Below are positions 61,401-64,000 of a stretch of DNA of 64,000 bases, piece by piece. Positions within the stretch are counted from its first letter, which is position 1, and the number at the start of each line of letters is the position of its first letter. The DNA comes from Tubulanus polymorphus. Lineage: Eukaryota; Animalia; Nemertea. The translations under genes and the position numbers were made by a program. Below the pieces are notes generated by a model, which searched no databases, was not told where the DNA came from, and saw only the letters and a list, made by a program, of their open reading frames with translations. The stretch is from assembly GCF_964204645.1 (NCBI RefSeq), contig NC_134026.1:31158150-31222149 (forward strand), written 5' to 3'.

Positions 61401-63980
61401 TGGGTCCAATAGAAAAAATTATAACGTTATCACGAATTAAGCGTTAATAAGAATGTTATTCTAATTAACAGGATCAATCTCTATTCTAAGATCGAAGGTA
61501 TTTTCATTTTAGCTGGATTAGGCAAATTTGTTTTCTGAAAAATGTTAGGGTTGAGCATGAATTGTGGCATTGACCGTGTTATAACAGATGTAGAGCTATT
61601 CATTATGATAAACAGCGCCACCTATTATCAACGGTTTGTCTTATTGGCCGAAGATGGCGGCCCATACACACTTACAAGTAGTTGGAGCACCAGTTGTTGG
61701 AGCACCAGAAGTCGGAGCGCCGGTAGTTGAAGAGGCTGTATTCGATGGAGTAGTTGATGACGATACACTCGGAGTAGGAGCCGTAGAAGTATTATTCAGT
61801 CCGGGTGTAATACTAGTTTGCGTGTAACAGAATCGAGCCGCGTTCTGCGAAACGAATCGAGCATGAATCGTATCGGAGACAGGAATCAACGAACATTCGA
61901 AATTCACGTCCAAACCCGATATAGATAAACTACTATCCAACACTAGCGACACCTATATGTGAAATTAGAGAATACGTCATATGAATTTAAAACTATTATT
62001 TTAGAAAATTTGTGGGATAAACATTAATAATCGAGGGTTGCAAGTAAAACTGTTATAAAATCGATGAATTAATCAAAATGTCTTTCGAAAAGAGTTCAGT
62101 CTTCCGAGATATGTTTAATAGGAGCGAGATAATACAATCAATAAATCAACTTACTTGAAATTGATTTGAAGTAATAATGGCAGTTTCAGGTAGGAATTGA
62201 GCTGCGCCAGTTCGCTGGACGAACTTCTTTCTTACGCCTAGAAACAAATACAGTTGTTATTAATAGTTTCATTGAGGGGAAGGGGGCGCAGGAATAAGGG
62301 TCGATTCAGTCGATACTTACCAATTGAATTCGAATTCAAAAACTGATTACCGGTATCCGATTGACCTTGACATTGTACGAACACTTCACTTCCTCGCGTG
62401 ACGATCGAATAAGGAACCTGTCGACAACAATACAGAAACCGTTATAACGGTTTATAATTCAAATTATACGAACTAACGAGTACTTACCACGGATTTACTG
62501 TTGCCGATAGCGACTTTAACAGACGGTATATTCAAAACCAAACCATCTTAAATAATGAGGAATATAATGAGGATTAATGAGGATTAGTGAGGTGAGTTCG
62601 ATATGGTTGGAGGGTGTGATCTATACTAACCCGTTACTCCAGTCGCAGTTTGAGAACAAGTTATCGTTACATTAGCTCCAGAAACTGGTTCACTGTAATG
62701 ATAATGATAAACAGGAATTGTCACCGACACGGTCTGGAGTGAGTAGAATAATGATGCAAGATGAATGTACGAATTTTACCTGAGTTCAATATTGAACTGT
62801 GAACTAGTGACGCTGTTCATGTTGGGTACAGATACAAAATCAGTGTAACACAATTCAACAGTCGGGGCTTTAGTAACCGTCAATAACCTATAAAATACAT
62901 GAAAATCAGCTACATTTATGATCAGTTCTTTGGGAAAATCTCATATCAATATCAGATTGATATTTGAACTCACCGAGGTTGACTGATTATCGATATCGGA
63001 TTGAGATAAAGCGATGATATTTGAACTCACCGAGGTTGACTGATTATCGATATCGGATTGAGATAAAGCGATGATATTTAAACTCACCGAGGTTGACTGA
63101 TTATCGATATCGGATTGAGATAAAGCGATGATATTTGAACTCACCGAGGTTGACTGATTATCGATATCGGATTGAGATAAAGCGATGATATTTGAACTCA
63201 CCGAGGTTGACTGATTATCGATATCGGATTGAGATAAAGCGATGATATTTAAACTCACCGAGGTTGACTGATTATCGATATCGGATTGAGATAAAGCGAT
63301 GATATTTGAACTCACCGAGGTTGACTGATTATCGATATCGGATTGAGATAAAGCGATGATATTTGAACTCACCGAGGTTGACTGATTATCGATATCGGAT
63401 TGAGATAAAGCAATGATATTTGAACTCACCTAGGTTGACTGATTGATGTTGTTCTAGTAAACTGCGGAAATGTAGTTTGAGTTCCATTGATAATTGTTGG
63501 TGTAAAACCCAGTGTAATTCCATAACAACGGATATTTACAGCTCTACCAGATTTCTGAATACTAACAATATATAAACACAAATTCATAAGATATTCCAAT
63601 AAGACAATAATCAAAATCCTTGGTCAAAATTCCGCCACATTCACATGTGGATCCATTTCCTGGAACTGGATTGCTGAGAACAGATTATTACATTAAAACC
63701 TATCAATTATACAAATTTAAAAGATTGAAAGCAAAATTCAAGAATTTGATATCAAAAATTGTAAGATAAGAGAAAACTGGTCTCTAGAGAAAGTCTGGAA
63801 AACATTCAGTTTTTTAATTCTGATTAGAATTTTTAATTTTGTTGATAAGAAAATGGATGGATACCTGAAGGTGACTGAAGCAGAGATGGAGACAGCAGGT
63901 GTTACCGTTACTGGATTAAATATAACACTGGTAAAACCGACGCTTGCCGCAGGTGGTGTCTGTTCACACGTAATCGATAC
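55421..63980 (-). CDS. Tectonic-family ciliary transition-zone protein (TCTN-like), 5'-partial, with a long N-terminal extension and a C-terminal transmembrane segment
   Basis: Hallmark SPCTCDLTVNQCDNNCCCDRDC. Other motifs are SPVRYLIDKSSNC, CRNSVIDVNYQFQW, FSGNSGYDIDKPLIAG, VPFAIDVSSAC and APIGNPD. The hydrophobic C-terminus LAMGLLLTFLFIWFYIFVCFPW ends at a stop at 55421. Upstream exons splice in frame up to 63980. Confidence 0.88.
62950..63445 (-). repeat. 57-bp tandem array, about 8.5 copies, duplicating a tectonic exon end plus 5' splice site
   Basis: Minus-strand unit AATCAGTCAACCT(A/C)G|GTGAGTT(C/T)AAATATCATCGCTTTATCTCAATCCGATATCGAT, with the true donor at 63429. Confidence 0.95.
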
Positions 63981-64000
63981 CTATAAATAACAACCAATCA

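Noticed and set aside
62941-63429. 162-aa ORF of 19-aa repeats
   Set aside because: It is an intronic 57-bp array starting at the donor GT, in a different frame from the tectonic exon.

Overview
Eukaryotic, AT-rich, intron-rich genomic DNA, most likely from an invertebrate animal. The taxon is inferred from gene content and intron style and is not proven. The right half (35.3-64 kb) is a compact block of three conserved multi-exon genes. These are an AidB/ACDH-11-type acyl-CoA dehydrogenase (minus strand), SPT6 (plus strand, head-to-head with it) and a tectonic-family gene (minus strand, 5' end outside the window) with an unusually long N-terminal extension. The left half has no recognisable conserved gene. 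A 76-bp tRNA-like (Pol III B-box) satellite occurs at 6.9-7.1 kb and again at 32.7-34.6 kb. It brackets a block of about 25.5 kb that may be a large insertion. That block holds a tRNA-derived element, a promoter-complete three-exon orphan gene (321 aa, only visible after splicing across a 5.3-kb intron), a symmetrically nested set of satellites, a multi-exon non-coding-looking unit and a perfect 17-bp hairpin near its right edge. No transposase or terminal repeats were found for it. The best-supported oddities are tandem arrays that duplicate real splice sites. SPT6 intron 4 has 28 near-identical 3' splice sites, of which only the last keeps the frame, and a tectonic intron has 9 near-identical 5' splice sites, of which only the first does. 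Several MITE families are scattered throughout. All calls come from reading the sequence by eye, and no database searches were run.
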